A stretch of 64,000 nt of DNA, taken from positions 868,001 through 932,000 of the forward strand of contig CDRNST010000013.1 in assembly GCA_977016875.1 (NCBI GenBank), written 5' to 3'. Positions 1-11,529 of the stretch are shown in pieces. This DNA comes from Pavona decussata. Lineage: Eukaryota. Numbering within the stretch: the first letter of the stretch is position 1; each line of letters starts with the position of its first letter. Below the pieces are notes generated by a model. The model saw only the letters and a list, made by a program, of their open reading frames with translations. It ran no database searches and was not told where the DNA came from. The position numbers and the translations under genes were made by a program.

Positions 1-1100
1 TAATTTCGCAAGGTCGCAGAAGTTTATGTCAACATCGCCTAAAGTAGGATGAAGGTAGTAGGAGACCACTGGATTTGTAAAGTACCTGTAGCTTGTACCT
101 GTGACACGTTTCAATAATTCGTTGATACATCTGGAAAAGAAGTTTTCAACAAAGAGAGTTAAGAGGCTTACAACGTCAACGTTAGGAACAGACCCCCAGC
201 ATCAGCGGACGAAGAGACATAGAATTCAACACTGTTTTTGCAAGCTACTCCAAACATACTGTTGACGCCAACACTCACAGAACAAATGATGTCTGCAGTG
301 ACACTTAGTCCATCAGTTACCATGGTCATCAAATGGATTTCACCTGTTATTTCAGCAACACAAATTTGATTTTTTTCACTAGAGGAAAATGCAATGGCAG
401 TGGGCTTTATTGAAAGCTTGTTACAAATGGACACGATGTGCACTTTGGAGGATTGGGTACCATCTTCCACAGTTGTACTTTTCCCATGTTCATGTATCCA
501 GGTTTTTACTACTTTCTGTAATTCTGACTTCTTTGATCTATCCGCTTGTCGCAGTAGTTTTCAGTCATTCAAAGCTTTGCACAGCTGTTTTATGGTCATT
601 TTCTCTGGGGTTAGGAAGTACTCTCCAGTGAGATCACAGCACGCAATCCGTTTTTCTCCAAGCTCAGCAATTAAAAGAAGGCCATCTTTGAAAGCAATGC
701 CTACTGGGTTGTTTAAGCCGGAAACAACTTTTGTAACGTCTACTGGGAATGTAAGCGTCCCGAGAAGATCGTTCCCTTGTCCTTGTCTGAGATAAGAAAT
801 GTTCCCCAAAATGCTGGGCATACTGACACTGGACTTCTTAACACTGGTAGCTTCATAAATACGGTAAACTTCTGGAGTTAAAGTCTGCACTATGCGTTTT
901 GCATTTGCTAGACCCTGTTGAACTTCTGGTGAGCAGATTTCTATCAGTGTCAACATTCATGAATTCGGTCTTTGTTACTACAAGCAGCCAGTGATAAGTG
1001 AGGCATAAGCAAATGTTTCAAGTTTGAATCTACCCATGCAGTTCCAAGTAGAACAAGATTTACGCGGTTGCCATCTACAAAACGATACCAGTTAGCAAAT
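1..1100 (-). pseudogene. P-element-like DDE transposase remnant with NHL-repeat and SAP-like segments inside it; internally deleted and running off the window edge
   Basis: Manual minus-strand translation gives FANWYRFVDGNRVNLVLL...NKDR (about 1100-965), then GLNNPVGIAFKDGLLLIAELGEKRI (NHL-like) and PEKMTIKQLCKAL (SAP-like) in ORF 561..956. It ends in SLLTLFVENFFSRCINELLKR (Glu codon 145-147), which resembles the P/THAP9 catalytic-Glu motif LENFFxxxR. Confidence 0.55.
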
Positions 1101-1936
1101 AATTGGGTATGAGATTGCAATTTTTAATTTTTTTGTGAAAGGGTGGGGGAGGGTGTGGAGAAGGGGGCTGTCCCGTCGAGCATCTCGCACGTAAGAACCA
1201 TAAAAACCTGTAAAATGAATTATAAATTTCTGTATCATTCAGGAAAAACTTAATACTTTATACCCGAATTTTGACCAAAAAATGCCATTTACCTAAAATA
1301 AAAAGGCCCAAGATACCATATACCCAAAACCCCTGGCCATGCCTGATCCTTGTGTCAAGGACATTACCCTCCTTCCCATGCAACAGACTTTTGTAGCCAT
1401 GTTTTGATATTCCAACATTCTCTTCAAGGAAAGTACTCTTGTCCACTTCTTCGCGCCTTGTCTGGTCAATATCGCGGTTATTTGGAACCGTGTTAACACC
1501 CCTTGTCATTCTGCGACCACCATTTTTTTGTTTTGTACCCTTCTTTACATCCTCTGTTAGGCTATCATGTTTTTTTTTATTGGGAAGGTACAATTCTCTT
1601 TGTGTCCGTTTTCCTTTATCTTGATTTCCTGGAATGAAACCATTCTCTTTCAAACCACTTCTCGTCATTGACATTTTTTCCATAATTTTTCGTCCAGCTG
1701 CGACTCCATTTCTATCGTTAGTGATATCGTTTTGACATTTCCTTTGGGTTGCTATCTTTTTCTTGGCATACTGAACTCTTATCCATCTGGCGTTTGCCTC
1801 CTCCTTAAACTTATTGCTTTCCGGTGTTGGCACTTGTTTGCGCTCCTCAAGATATAACGTTGATTTCCCTTTTGCAAACAGAGTTCCCCAATCTCTTCTA
1901 TCGAAGCCGATGGCGTAGCACATTGTGACAATCCAT

Positions 1937-3732
1937 CTATTGCCAAGATCCTAAATGTTCACTTCTCTACAATTGGCACTAAGCTCGCAATGAAACTGAA
2001 ATCCTTCATTACCTTACTATCTCCCCCTGCAAGGTCTACTGATTTGCCAAAGTTTGTTTTCAAACCAATCAATGAAGAGTTCGTATGCGGCCAACTTAAA
2101 CAACTCAGAACTAACAAAGCAATTGGCCTAGATAATATCAGCGCTCGTCTTCTGAAAGACTCAGCTAGCGTGATTAGTAAAAGTCTGACAAATTTGTTGA
2201 ATCAATCTTTGGTCACTCGTAGCTTCCCTTCCCCATGGAAGTTTGGAAAGGTATCTGCCGTCTTCAAAAAAGGCGATCGCTGTGACCCAAACAACTCAGG
2301 ACAATAACTGTGCTACCTACATTAAGCAAGATTCTGGAGAAGGCAGTACATAACCAACTCTACCATTTTCTCAATGAAAAGAAGATCATTACCCCCAAGC
2401 AAGTTGGTTTTCGACCTAAGCTATCAACTAATACAGCTTTGACACACTTTACAGATAACATACTTCTGAACATGGACTCTGCTCGTCTTACAGGAGCTGT
2501 TTCCTTGGATCTCTCGAAAGCGTTTGACACAGTTGACCACAACCTTTTACTTCATAAGCTTATATCGGTCGGACTCTCAGATGACACTCTAAATTGGTTC
2601 CAGTCATATCTCATGAACAGGAAACAAAGGACGCCTGTCGGAGATGCACTCTCTGTGGCTGCGCCAATAACTGGTGGGGTCCCTCAAGGAAGTATATTAG
2701 GACCCCTTCTTTTTCTTATTTACGTAAATGATTTACCATCATGTCAGCTTGCCAGTGAAATTATTCTTTACGCTGATGACGCTGTGATTTTATTACTCAT
2801 CGACTAATCTCTCTGACCTTGAAAGTAAGTTAAATTCAGATTTGGCTACAATTTCCAACTGGTTTTCGAGTAATCTGTTGACCTTAAATATCTCTAAATG
2901 TAATTTCGTTATTTTTGGTAACTCACGAAAGCTTAAACTAGTTAGTGACGTCTCTCTTAAGGTAAATTCCTCTGCTATTGATAGGTCTGGCTCGTTTAAG
3001 TACTTGGGAGTGGTTATTAACCAAACTATGTCTTGGTCCGAGCACATTGACACTCAGTACAAAGATCAATCTAAGGATTGGAATGATAAAGAGAATACGA
3101 CATCTTCTGCCTCTACATACTAAGCTAACACTATACAATTGCTTAATCATCCCACTGTTTGACTATGGAGATACAGTGTGGGGTGATAAAAATAACAACA
3201 CGCTTATGGGTCAGCTGCAAGTTCTTCAAAATAAGGCAGCCAAGGTCCTGCTTAATTTACCACCAAGAAGTTCATCAACCGAGGCACTAGATCATCTGGA
3301 CCTAAAGCCCCTCTTAAAGAGACGACACTTCCATCGCTGTATTATGATACAAAAATATCTGTTGGGGGAAATTGATTTTAAATTTGACGTCAGACGCAAT
3401 AGTAGTTTTCATTCTTATCTAACTCGTAGAAGTAATGATTTACACCTTCTTCACGTGCGTACCAATTGGGGCAAGCAAACTTTTATTTATCAAGCCTCTA
3501 AGGACTGGAACAGCTTAGACAACGACTTTAAAAACAGCAAATCATTGTCCCTTTTTAAGGCAAAGCTTAAAAGTTTGTGAATGATGATTTTTTAAGCTAT
3601 TTTTAAATTCGTTTGATCTTGTGAAATAATTTTTAGGTTATTTTATTTTTTTATTTCATTTTTAATTTGTAGGGCCCCACTGAAAACCGCCAAGGCGAGT
3701 GGGCTCCCTGGATAAATATTATTATTATTATT
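1937..3732 (+). mobile_element. 5'-truncated CR1/L2-group LINE (RT and C-terminal region), frameshifted
   Basis: RT motifs DLSKAFDTVDH, GVPQGSILGPLLFLIYVNDL, YADD and KYLGV in ORFs 1990-3580. (TAT)n tail at about 3716-3732. ATCCAT repeated at 1931-1936 and 3733-3738 is a candidate target-site duplication (TSD). Confidence 0.92.
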
Positions 3733-4672
3733 ATCCATTTTCTCTCTAACATACTCTTTTCCGTCTGCACACTCATCGTCTGATATGATCACTTCTCCAA
3801 GGAAGCGAGTACCGAACGGGACATTATGAGCACACAGAGGAGGTTTGACATGCTCTCCATGTATTCCAAGTCTAGAAACATTGATTAAATCACTTAGAAG
3901 ACAAGAGATCGGAGAGCATCTAAAAAAATGGAGTGAATGGTTGGGGACAGGAACTACTTCAAGCTGGCTGAAAGATCAGTATTTCGGTTGAGAGGTATGT
4001 AGGGCCATAATGCAGAAGCAGTGGTAGCAATTCCACCAAGTGTTGCTGCAGCTACCCCACAAAAAATTGCCACAGGCTTGAATTGTGATGTTCTTAAGAC
4101 AAGCCTTACAGGCTTGGGTGTCATGTTTCCTTAGTCGAAGATGGCTGTATCAAAGGGAGCAATTTCCCTCTTCAAATGTTTTAGGATTCCCCAGCAATAG
4201 GTATCAATATAGTACCATTTGTTCACCGTCAAGCCCACATAAATTAATGTCCAGTGATTTCCTGGATTTCCACGCTTGCTGACGAAAACTTCGTTTGACT
4301 TTGTTTTCCCAACATTTGCAAAAAAGGAAGACATACTTTACACCATATTTGACCTTCAAGCAAGATAATGCTATTTAGAATTTCTGCTTCTGTGTCCTGG
4401 CTATTTCTGTTAAGACTGTCAACAATACCAGTTATTACGCTGAAATTGAGCCAACCGGTTCCTGCCAAGGCTGCCAGACCAGAGGCAAGGATGTATTGGT
4501 GGCTTCTTAATGGCCTACAATTGCTAGGAGTGTTTGAAATTTTACTAGCATAGGACGCGAGGTCTTCTTTCGAATATAAGCATATCGAGTTGGGGACTTT
4601 GATATCCTTCTTCAGTTACTGCTGGTCTTTGATAATGTCATTCTTTTTAGGGCGGAGGCTATGTACTTTTAA

Positions 4673-7600
4673 GAGCGTGTCCACGATAGGACCAGGCAGG
4701 AGGTGATAATACTCAAATCACCAATTTGGCTCAAACTTGGCAGAAAGATTAAGTGTCATGAACATATTCATGTGGTAAAACAACAAGTCAAAATATTCAA
4801 TTTTACCAGAGTTATGGGTAAAACCTGAAAAATGGCCATTTTGGCACAAATTTATCCATATTAATTAGTCAAACTCAATTGAGTGGTTAGACAAATATAA
4901 TTGTGATCTGCAAATCAAACCCACTGAATTGTCTTTCTTATCGACCAGGCTTGTAGCACAGTGCGTAATTTCAATCGGTACCTTTGATTTCATTATTTGC
5001 CTGAACCTGAAGTAAGAGGCTGTTTAAATCATTTTCACGAGAACCTCAAAGTTGGCTTTTTTGTACCCAAATATCTCTAATGGCCAACAACTTAACTATG
5101 TAACTTAACTATAAGATTGAAGAGGCATATCATAACCTTCAAAATACGGAATAAAATTTTTGGGCAAATGAATAGTTTGTTTGTATGAAGCAAATATGTA
5201 TTACCACCTGAACGATTTTTGTCGATTTCATCAAAATTCATGTTGCAAAAAAAAAATCTTTCAATCTTCTGACTGAACATGAAAAGACAAGGAATGTTCA
5301 GTAAATGTTTTCTAACAATAACAATGACAAAATTGGCGATATTAGTGGGTTACGGTTAGTTTGACCGAGCTATTAAGAGCTAGGTGTCCCCTCTTTTTCA
5401 TACAAATATTTATCTCCAAAAAAGCTTATCGAAACAGGTAATCTGTTTCAAGTAATTGCACATTAAGCATAGTAAGTGCTAAAATTGGTAGTGGCTGATA
5501 CATACATGTCTTCTCAGTGCTTCAGGCTCCATCCTAGCTAGCGTTTTATCTCACAGCCACCATAGAACCCAATTAGCCGGCTTGATCGTATCGTCTGCCT
5601 GCCTCGATTATTTCTACAAGCCACCCGTTATTGTCATCAACTGATGAAAGATGTGAATATACCGATTTTGTTTCCAAAACTATGCCAGGAAGTAAGGTAA
5701 ATAAGCTGTCATATATCCATTTAGAATATAATTGACATCAAAATCTAGCAAGAGTATGTTTTCTTTTGACTTCGCCATTTTGGAAAAGCGTTTGTGAGCC
5801 TGCATGCTGTCTGCGGTTGCTAAACACCTGTTATGTTTTGTGTTCACGTGTCGTTCGCGTGTTCGCGCGTCTTTCACACAAGTTTTGGATTCGAATTAAC
5901 AAGGGTATTAAAATTTTGAACATGCGACCTCGAACACTGAGGCCTCTCAAATGCTCTATAGGCAGAGGAGAATCCACACACTGTGGTTGTCACCAAAATA
6001 TTCCCTTCTCAAATAATACATCCCTGACCATAGCTTCATGTAAGAGAGATATCAAACTCCATTTTAAAAATCTGAAAGTATCTGGAAAATCCGTTTCGTC
6101 AGAAAGTGAACTGATACTCCTGAGGACAAGGCACTTTTATGAAGAAGGGGAAGGTATGACAGTTTGCCCAAAGCATCAAGACCTCCTTGGACTGAACTGG
6201 CGCCCTTCTCGCTTTTGTTTGCACTCATTGCATGGATCAAGAAAAGGAAAATGCGACAGGGGCGTATCAAAGAAGATTTCTGAGGAAATAATGAAGAGGT
6301 GGAAGAAACTTGTTCTGGTAGGATCAGGTAAAGCATAAAGTTAATCTCCTTATCATAATTATATAGGTTCAGTACTGTGCCAAGTAACAATAGCAGCCTT
6401 TGCGGCACTCGTTTGACGCAATTGTGCGATGGCTCGGAAATTCTTAGACACATTAGCTAAAAACAGTAGCTCGAAAATATCATCAACATTTCTATGTTGG
6501 TGGAGAATTATCGTTTTGATTTTCGTAGTGGTAGTAGTGAAATTCAGCGTGCAGAGAAAGTCATGTCCGATTTTTTTAACTTTCAGGTAGATTTGTGTGA
6601 ACCAAAAGCCGTTTTTCAAGCTGATCTCACAAAGGGAAATCTTTTGAATAAAGTATCGAATTACATTTCAGGCCCGAAATGTTTCCTTTGTAGTCTAGTC
6701 CACGCAATCTTCAAGTAAAAATGTGAAATATGAAATATGACTTACTCTTGCTTAATAAGAATTATTTCAAAGAAAGTTAGTTGTCTGTGTTATGTTTCAT
6801 TATTCAATGAACGTACCAAAAAGGTTTTGATCGTCCGGTAAGAAAGCCATTCAGTTGCGTTTGTGGTTTTTGCATTGTCATGTGCATTTCAATAATTTCC
6901 ACACGGTATGTAATAAACAGTTGATGGAAATTTATTGATAAGGTCCTTTTGCTTTCCCATATATTATCAGATGAAAATTGCGAAAATGAAACTTTTCCCT
7001 TTGAAACCTTATCAAAGCTGACAAGGTGTAAAAATGTTTATTGCGCCATTTGCATAATTTTGTTTACGACTTCGCTGATGCGTGACATGGCACTTTCCAC
7101 TTTCGCGTGAAAACTGAGAGCCAAACAATTCTATTCTATTCTACTTGATTTAATTCTTTTGTATGAGAAGCAAAAATATGATGAAAGATGTCAAGTTTTC
7201 ATGTATGCAAAAAGTTATGATTAGCAGTGAACTTTTCAGTCAATAAAAGCGCTCCTTTCAGCTGAAGACAATTTTTGGCGGCAAAATGAACGATCAAGTT
7301 CTGACGGCGCTGTTGCGGGCAACTTTCCTCGTTGCGTTAGCGTGTCTATTGGGAATTTGTTTAGTTTCAAACTAGTTTTTGTCAGAAGATGTGCTGGATT
7401 GATTTCAAATTGCAAGATGTATGTTAGTCATCGGCGTGTTGCACGTGTTGAGATTCATACATATACATCACTTGTTTCTTCATGAGACCTTACTTATGTA
7501 CGTTCTAATGATTACAAAATGTAATGAGACAGAGTAAACCATTCTCACCGAAAATCTTATTCAAGTGATAAGTGTTCGATGTGCAACGCTTGTACTCACG

Positions 7601-9589
7601 AATCTACGCTCGACGCGATTCATGCTTTCCGCCGTACCGTGCGATTTGAAGAGAAGGAAGCTAAACCTTGTATTGTTTTGTTTATTATAAGTAAATTGAT
7701 TGTTTGGTTTATCCTTCGCATAATTCATTAGGACTTTGTAGACGTTGCCGTCAGCATCAGATGGATAAACAAAGCGGACACACCCAGGGAAGAAAAAGAT
7801 TATGGTAGCACTGCAAAATTAGTAAGTCCGACAAGGAGATCTAATAAATGAATGATTAATGAACGAACGAACGAATGAATGATTGGTTAGTCAGTCGGTC
7901 GGTCGGTCAGTCTGCCACTCTGTCTGACCGACTTATTGAACGAACGACAAAATGACCAAAAGGGCAGACGATAGGCTGGACGAATGGAATGGTTGAACTG
8001 GTGATGTGGTAGCGCCAAAAGGGAAACATTGACATTGTGACGTCCGGGGCATCAATGTTTCTGCTACTTAAGGGCCGACCTATTCATTGTCTTCTGTCTT
8101 TGCCTCTGGTTTTAAAACCAGCAACGTTGCGAGCACAAACAAGGCAACTAACTGCCAAAGTCACAATCTCCGTGGTTTTATTTTTTTATCATCCTTTTTC
8201 TTGTTAGTCTTGAGCATTGGGTTTTGAATGATTTGAGACTGATAGCATATAGGGGCGTAGGTACAAAACTGTGTTGGGCCACCTTTTATGTTGAACATCA
8301 ACAAGCTGAAATAGCTTTCAGTTTTCTTGTTACGTCCTCTAACCCTTCTAGGCTTATCGTGTTTTCGTTAAGCGGAGGAAATGTGATAAAGTTTTATAAA
8401 TTGTATTAAAAAGACAATGCTTTAGCTCGAGGCGCTCTCAACAGCGACTAACTTGTGCCATAGCCGCTGACCGCGAAGCAGGCTCATAACTTGGCAACCA
8501 AGATGGCGGATATAAACAGCGAATCGTCTCCTGTCAAGCTCAGATGTCAGTTATGTAGTTATTTACCTTAATTTCTCTTTATTTTTGGAAACAAAAGCGG
8601 TATATTCTGATAATTTTAATCAGTTGATGGTAATGGTGGATCCGTGTTGAAAAAATCAAGGCAGATAGACGATACGATCGAGCCGGCTCATTGCATTCGA
8701 TGATGGCTTGATACAAAATGGTAGCTAGGATGGAGTCTAATGCACTGAGAAGACATGTATGTATCAGCCAGTAGCATTTTTAGTTCTTACTATGCGTTAG
8801 TGGCAATTGTTTGAAAGCGATTACATCTTTAGATGGGCTTTCTTGGAGGCAAATATTTGTATGAAAAGAGGGGAAACCTAGCTGTTAATAGCTTGGTCAA
8901 ACTTGAATCCTTACCCACTTATATCGCCAAATTTTGTCGTTGTTATTGTCAGAACATACTTTACTAAACATTACGTGTCTCTTCATGTTCAGTCAAAATA
9001 TATATATATTTTTTTGCAACATGAATTTTGATGAAATCGACAAAAATCGTTCAGGTGGTAATACATATTTGCTTCATACAAACAAACTATTCATTTGCCC
9101 AAAAATTTTATTCCGTATTTTGAAGGTTATGATATGCCTCTTCAATCGTATAGATAAGTTGCATAGTTAGGTTGTGGGCCATTAGAGATATTTGGGTACA
9201 AAAAAGCCGAATTTGAGGCTCTCGTGAAAATGTCTAAAACAGCCTGTTACTTCAGGTTCAGGCAAATAACGAAATCGAAGGTACCGATTGAAATTAAGCA
9301 CTGTGTTACAAGCCTGGTTAGTGGGAAAGACAATTCAGTGGGTTTGATTTCCAGATCACAATTATATTTGTCTAACCACTCAATTGAGTTTGACTAATTA
9401 ATATGCATAAATTTGTGCCAAAATGGCCATTTTTCAGGTTTTACCCATAACTCTGGTAAAATGGAATATTTTGACTTGTTGTTTTAACACATGAATATGT
9501 TTATGACACTCAATCGTTCTGCTAAGTTTGAGCCAAATGGGTGATTTGAGTATTATCACCTCCTGCCTGGTTGTATCATGGACAGACAC
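4673..9589 (+). mobile_element. Non-autonomous Sola3-type DNA transposon with about 1-kb terminal inverted repeats (TIRs)
   Basis: TTAA at 4669-4672 and 9590-9593. Ends read GAGCGTGTCCACGAT.. and ..ATCATGGACAGACAC. Inverted repeat about 4673-5680 vs 8582-9589, which also produces the mirror ORFs 5092..5280 and 8934..9170. It keeps only a first-exon homolog of the Sola3 transposase at 35245. Confidence 0.85.
5922..6327 (+). pseudogene. Retained first exon of a Sola3 transposase (Cys/His-rich N-terminal domain)
   Basis: CS..CG..C.RDI..E.ELIL.R..CPKH...LG..WR..DRGVSK.IS..I..VGSG followed by a GT donor. It is colinear with exon 1 of the Sola3 gene at 35245-35652. Confidence 0.75.
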
Positions 9590-9953
9590 TTAATAGCAAG
9601 TCAATTGATTCCAAAGTGAAGGCCCCTCAATCGCAAACCACGGCAACGTACTTCCCTTTCTGGCAAAGGTCCTTCATCTTCTTGGAGGAGGATGCCGACG
9701 GCATTCTTGTCACTAAAAAACATTTGCTGGTATTTTGGGCTGCTTGAAAAACAATGTTAATCTACTTGTTGGCACGATCCGATGGTATTCTATGGAAGTG
9801 GCTTCGTAATGAGTGGTAGCTTTAAAACTGTTCTTTTCAACTATATCCTTTAGTAACCAAAAGACAGAAATAAATGCATTAAATCAAAACCAAAACCAAA
9901 ATCATCAAAACCAGTCAAACAACAACAATTTCCATCAGGCTGAGTGCAATCAA

Positions 9954-10269
9954 TAATCCTGGCCAAAACTTTCGGGGCACTTGCCCGTTTTTTATTTTAA
10001 AACATGAAAATTCCTTTTTCCCCTCTCCCCTAAACAATGTTGAGCAAGGAGTCAGACATGGCTCGAAAATCTTGTACATTTTATCAGTCAGGAGTCAGAC
10101 ATGGCTCGAAAATCTTGTACATTGTATCAACTGCAACATTGTTTAGGGGGGACGGGGGAAATAAGTTTCTAAGATTCTTTTTAGGACCTTAAACTATCGA
10201 TAGTTGAGTAATTTCACAACAAACTTGTAAAAAAACGTCAAGTTTCCCAAAACCAATTGGCCAGGATTA
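9954..10269. mobile_element. TA-flanked MITE
   Basis: TAATCCTGGCCAA..TTGGCCAGGATTA ends, an inner inverted repeat CCCCTAAACAATGTTG/CAACATTGTTTAGGGG, and an internal duplication of about 35 bp (10047-10123). Confidence 0.7.
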
Positions 10270-10348
10270 AAGCACTCTCTCACCAATAGGGTCATTAAAC
10301 AGCTGATAAACCTCCCCATGCTGTCTTACCAGTACCTCACACCTGATA

Positions 10349-10351
10349 TTA

Positions 10352-10400
<49 letters not shown>
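10349..10400. repeat. (TAT)n microsatellite
   Basis: About 16 TAT units seen directly. Confidence 0.95.
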
Positions 10401-10403
<3 letters not shown>

Positions 10404-11520
10404 ACCTTGTTTCTGGAGCGGATGACACTGAGCTCACCCGAAGTCAGCGCTTGTAAAAGTTCATAATGATATTGTTTCTGCAATTGATAACCAGAGTTAC
10501 TGCTACTTCTTGACCTGTCAGCAGCCTTTGACACTGTCGACCACAAGATTCTTTTGTGCAGACTTTCTTCTCGCTTTTGTATTTAAGGAAAAGCCCTCAG
10601 GTGGTTTCAATCCTACCTTGAAAATCCCAAGCAAGTAGTCAATGTGGAGGGATCTACATCATGTAGCAAAGATCTGCCATGTGGTGTCCCCCAAGGATCT
10701 GTGCTGGGGCCTATACTATATTTGTTGTACACATCCCTGCGTGGCGAGATTGTCAGAAATCATGGCTTGTCATATCATTTCTATGCTGACGACACACAGC
10801 TATAATGCTCCTTCAAGTTTCAAGATCAAGCGGTTTCAGTGTAGGCAATCGAATCTTGTGTAAATGACACTGATGCATGGATGCTTACAAACATGCTGAA
10901 GCTAAATAAAGATAAAACAGGGATCCCAGTGATTGGACCACAACACAAAGTCATTCCTCCCATTGAGGGTATTCACATGGCTGGTGAATACATCAAAGTC
11001 TCTAGTAACGCAAGAAATATAGCTTTAACTTTTGATACTCATATCAACTTGGAGAAACATGTTATGAACACCTGCAAACCAGCCTTCCATCATTTACGCA
11101 ATATAGCAAAAATAAGGAAATGCCTCTCCCAGATGCTGAGTATCTAGTACACGCATTTATCTCATCAAAGCTGGATTTTTGTTATGCACTACTGTATGGC
11201 TTACCACAGTTGGTTCTCGATAAGCTACAATACGTACAAAACTGTGCAGCTAGGGTAGTTTCCAAGACTTGAAGCACAGACCATATTTCACTCGTTCTTT
11301 GTGCATTGCATTGGCTTCCAATCAGACAATGAATTACATACAAGATACTACTCCTCATGTACAAAGCACTGAATGGCATGGTACCAAAATATATAGTGGA
11401 CCTCCTTCAATACTACACTCCGACTAGGCAACTACGATCATCTTTAAAACATTTGTTGGTAATACCAAAATAAAATCTCAAGTATTATGGAGACAGATCA
11501 TTTCAAGTTGCTGCACCCAA
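10401..11520 (+). mobile_element. Degenerate L2-type LINE RT fragment
   Basis: [59 protein letters not shown] and RSFQVAAP, with many stops and frameshifts. Truncated at the 3' end. Confidence 0.88.
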
Positions 11521-11529
11521 CCGCCATCA

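Larger units (their letters stand above)
1258..9850 (-). pseudogene. Ulp1/C48-type cysteine protease pseudogene, split by a Sola3 insertion and a LINE insertion
   Basis: Motifs LAALAGTGWLNFSVITGIV, GNHWTLIYVGLTVNKWYYIDT (His, Asp) and NITIQACGNFCGVAAA (Gln, Cys; needs a 1-nt frameshift near 4062). Removing 4673-9593 restores the frame (..DLLLKVHSL..). Removing the LINE joins ..ERKWIVT to ORF 1258..1923. Confidence 0.6.

Noticed and set aside
7850-7990. (CGAA)n/(GTCG)n-like tract inside the first Sola3
   Set aside because: Short degenerate simple repeat with no further structure I can support.
5092-9170. Two near-identical short ORFs on opposite strands (5092..5280 and 8934..9170)
   Set aside because: They are mirror images produced by the Sola3 TIRs, with no sign of coding function.
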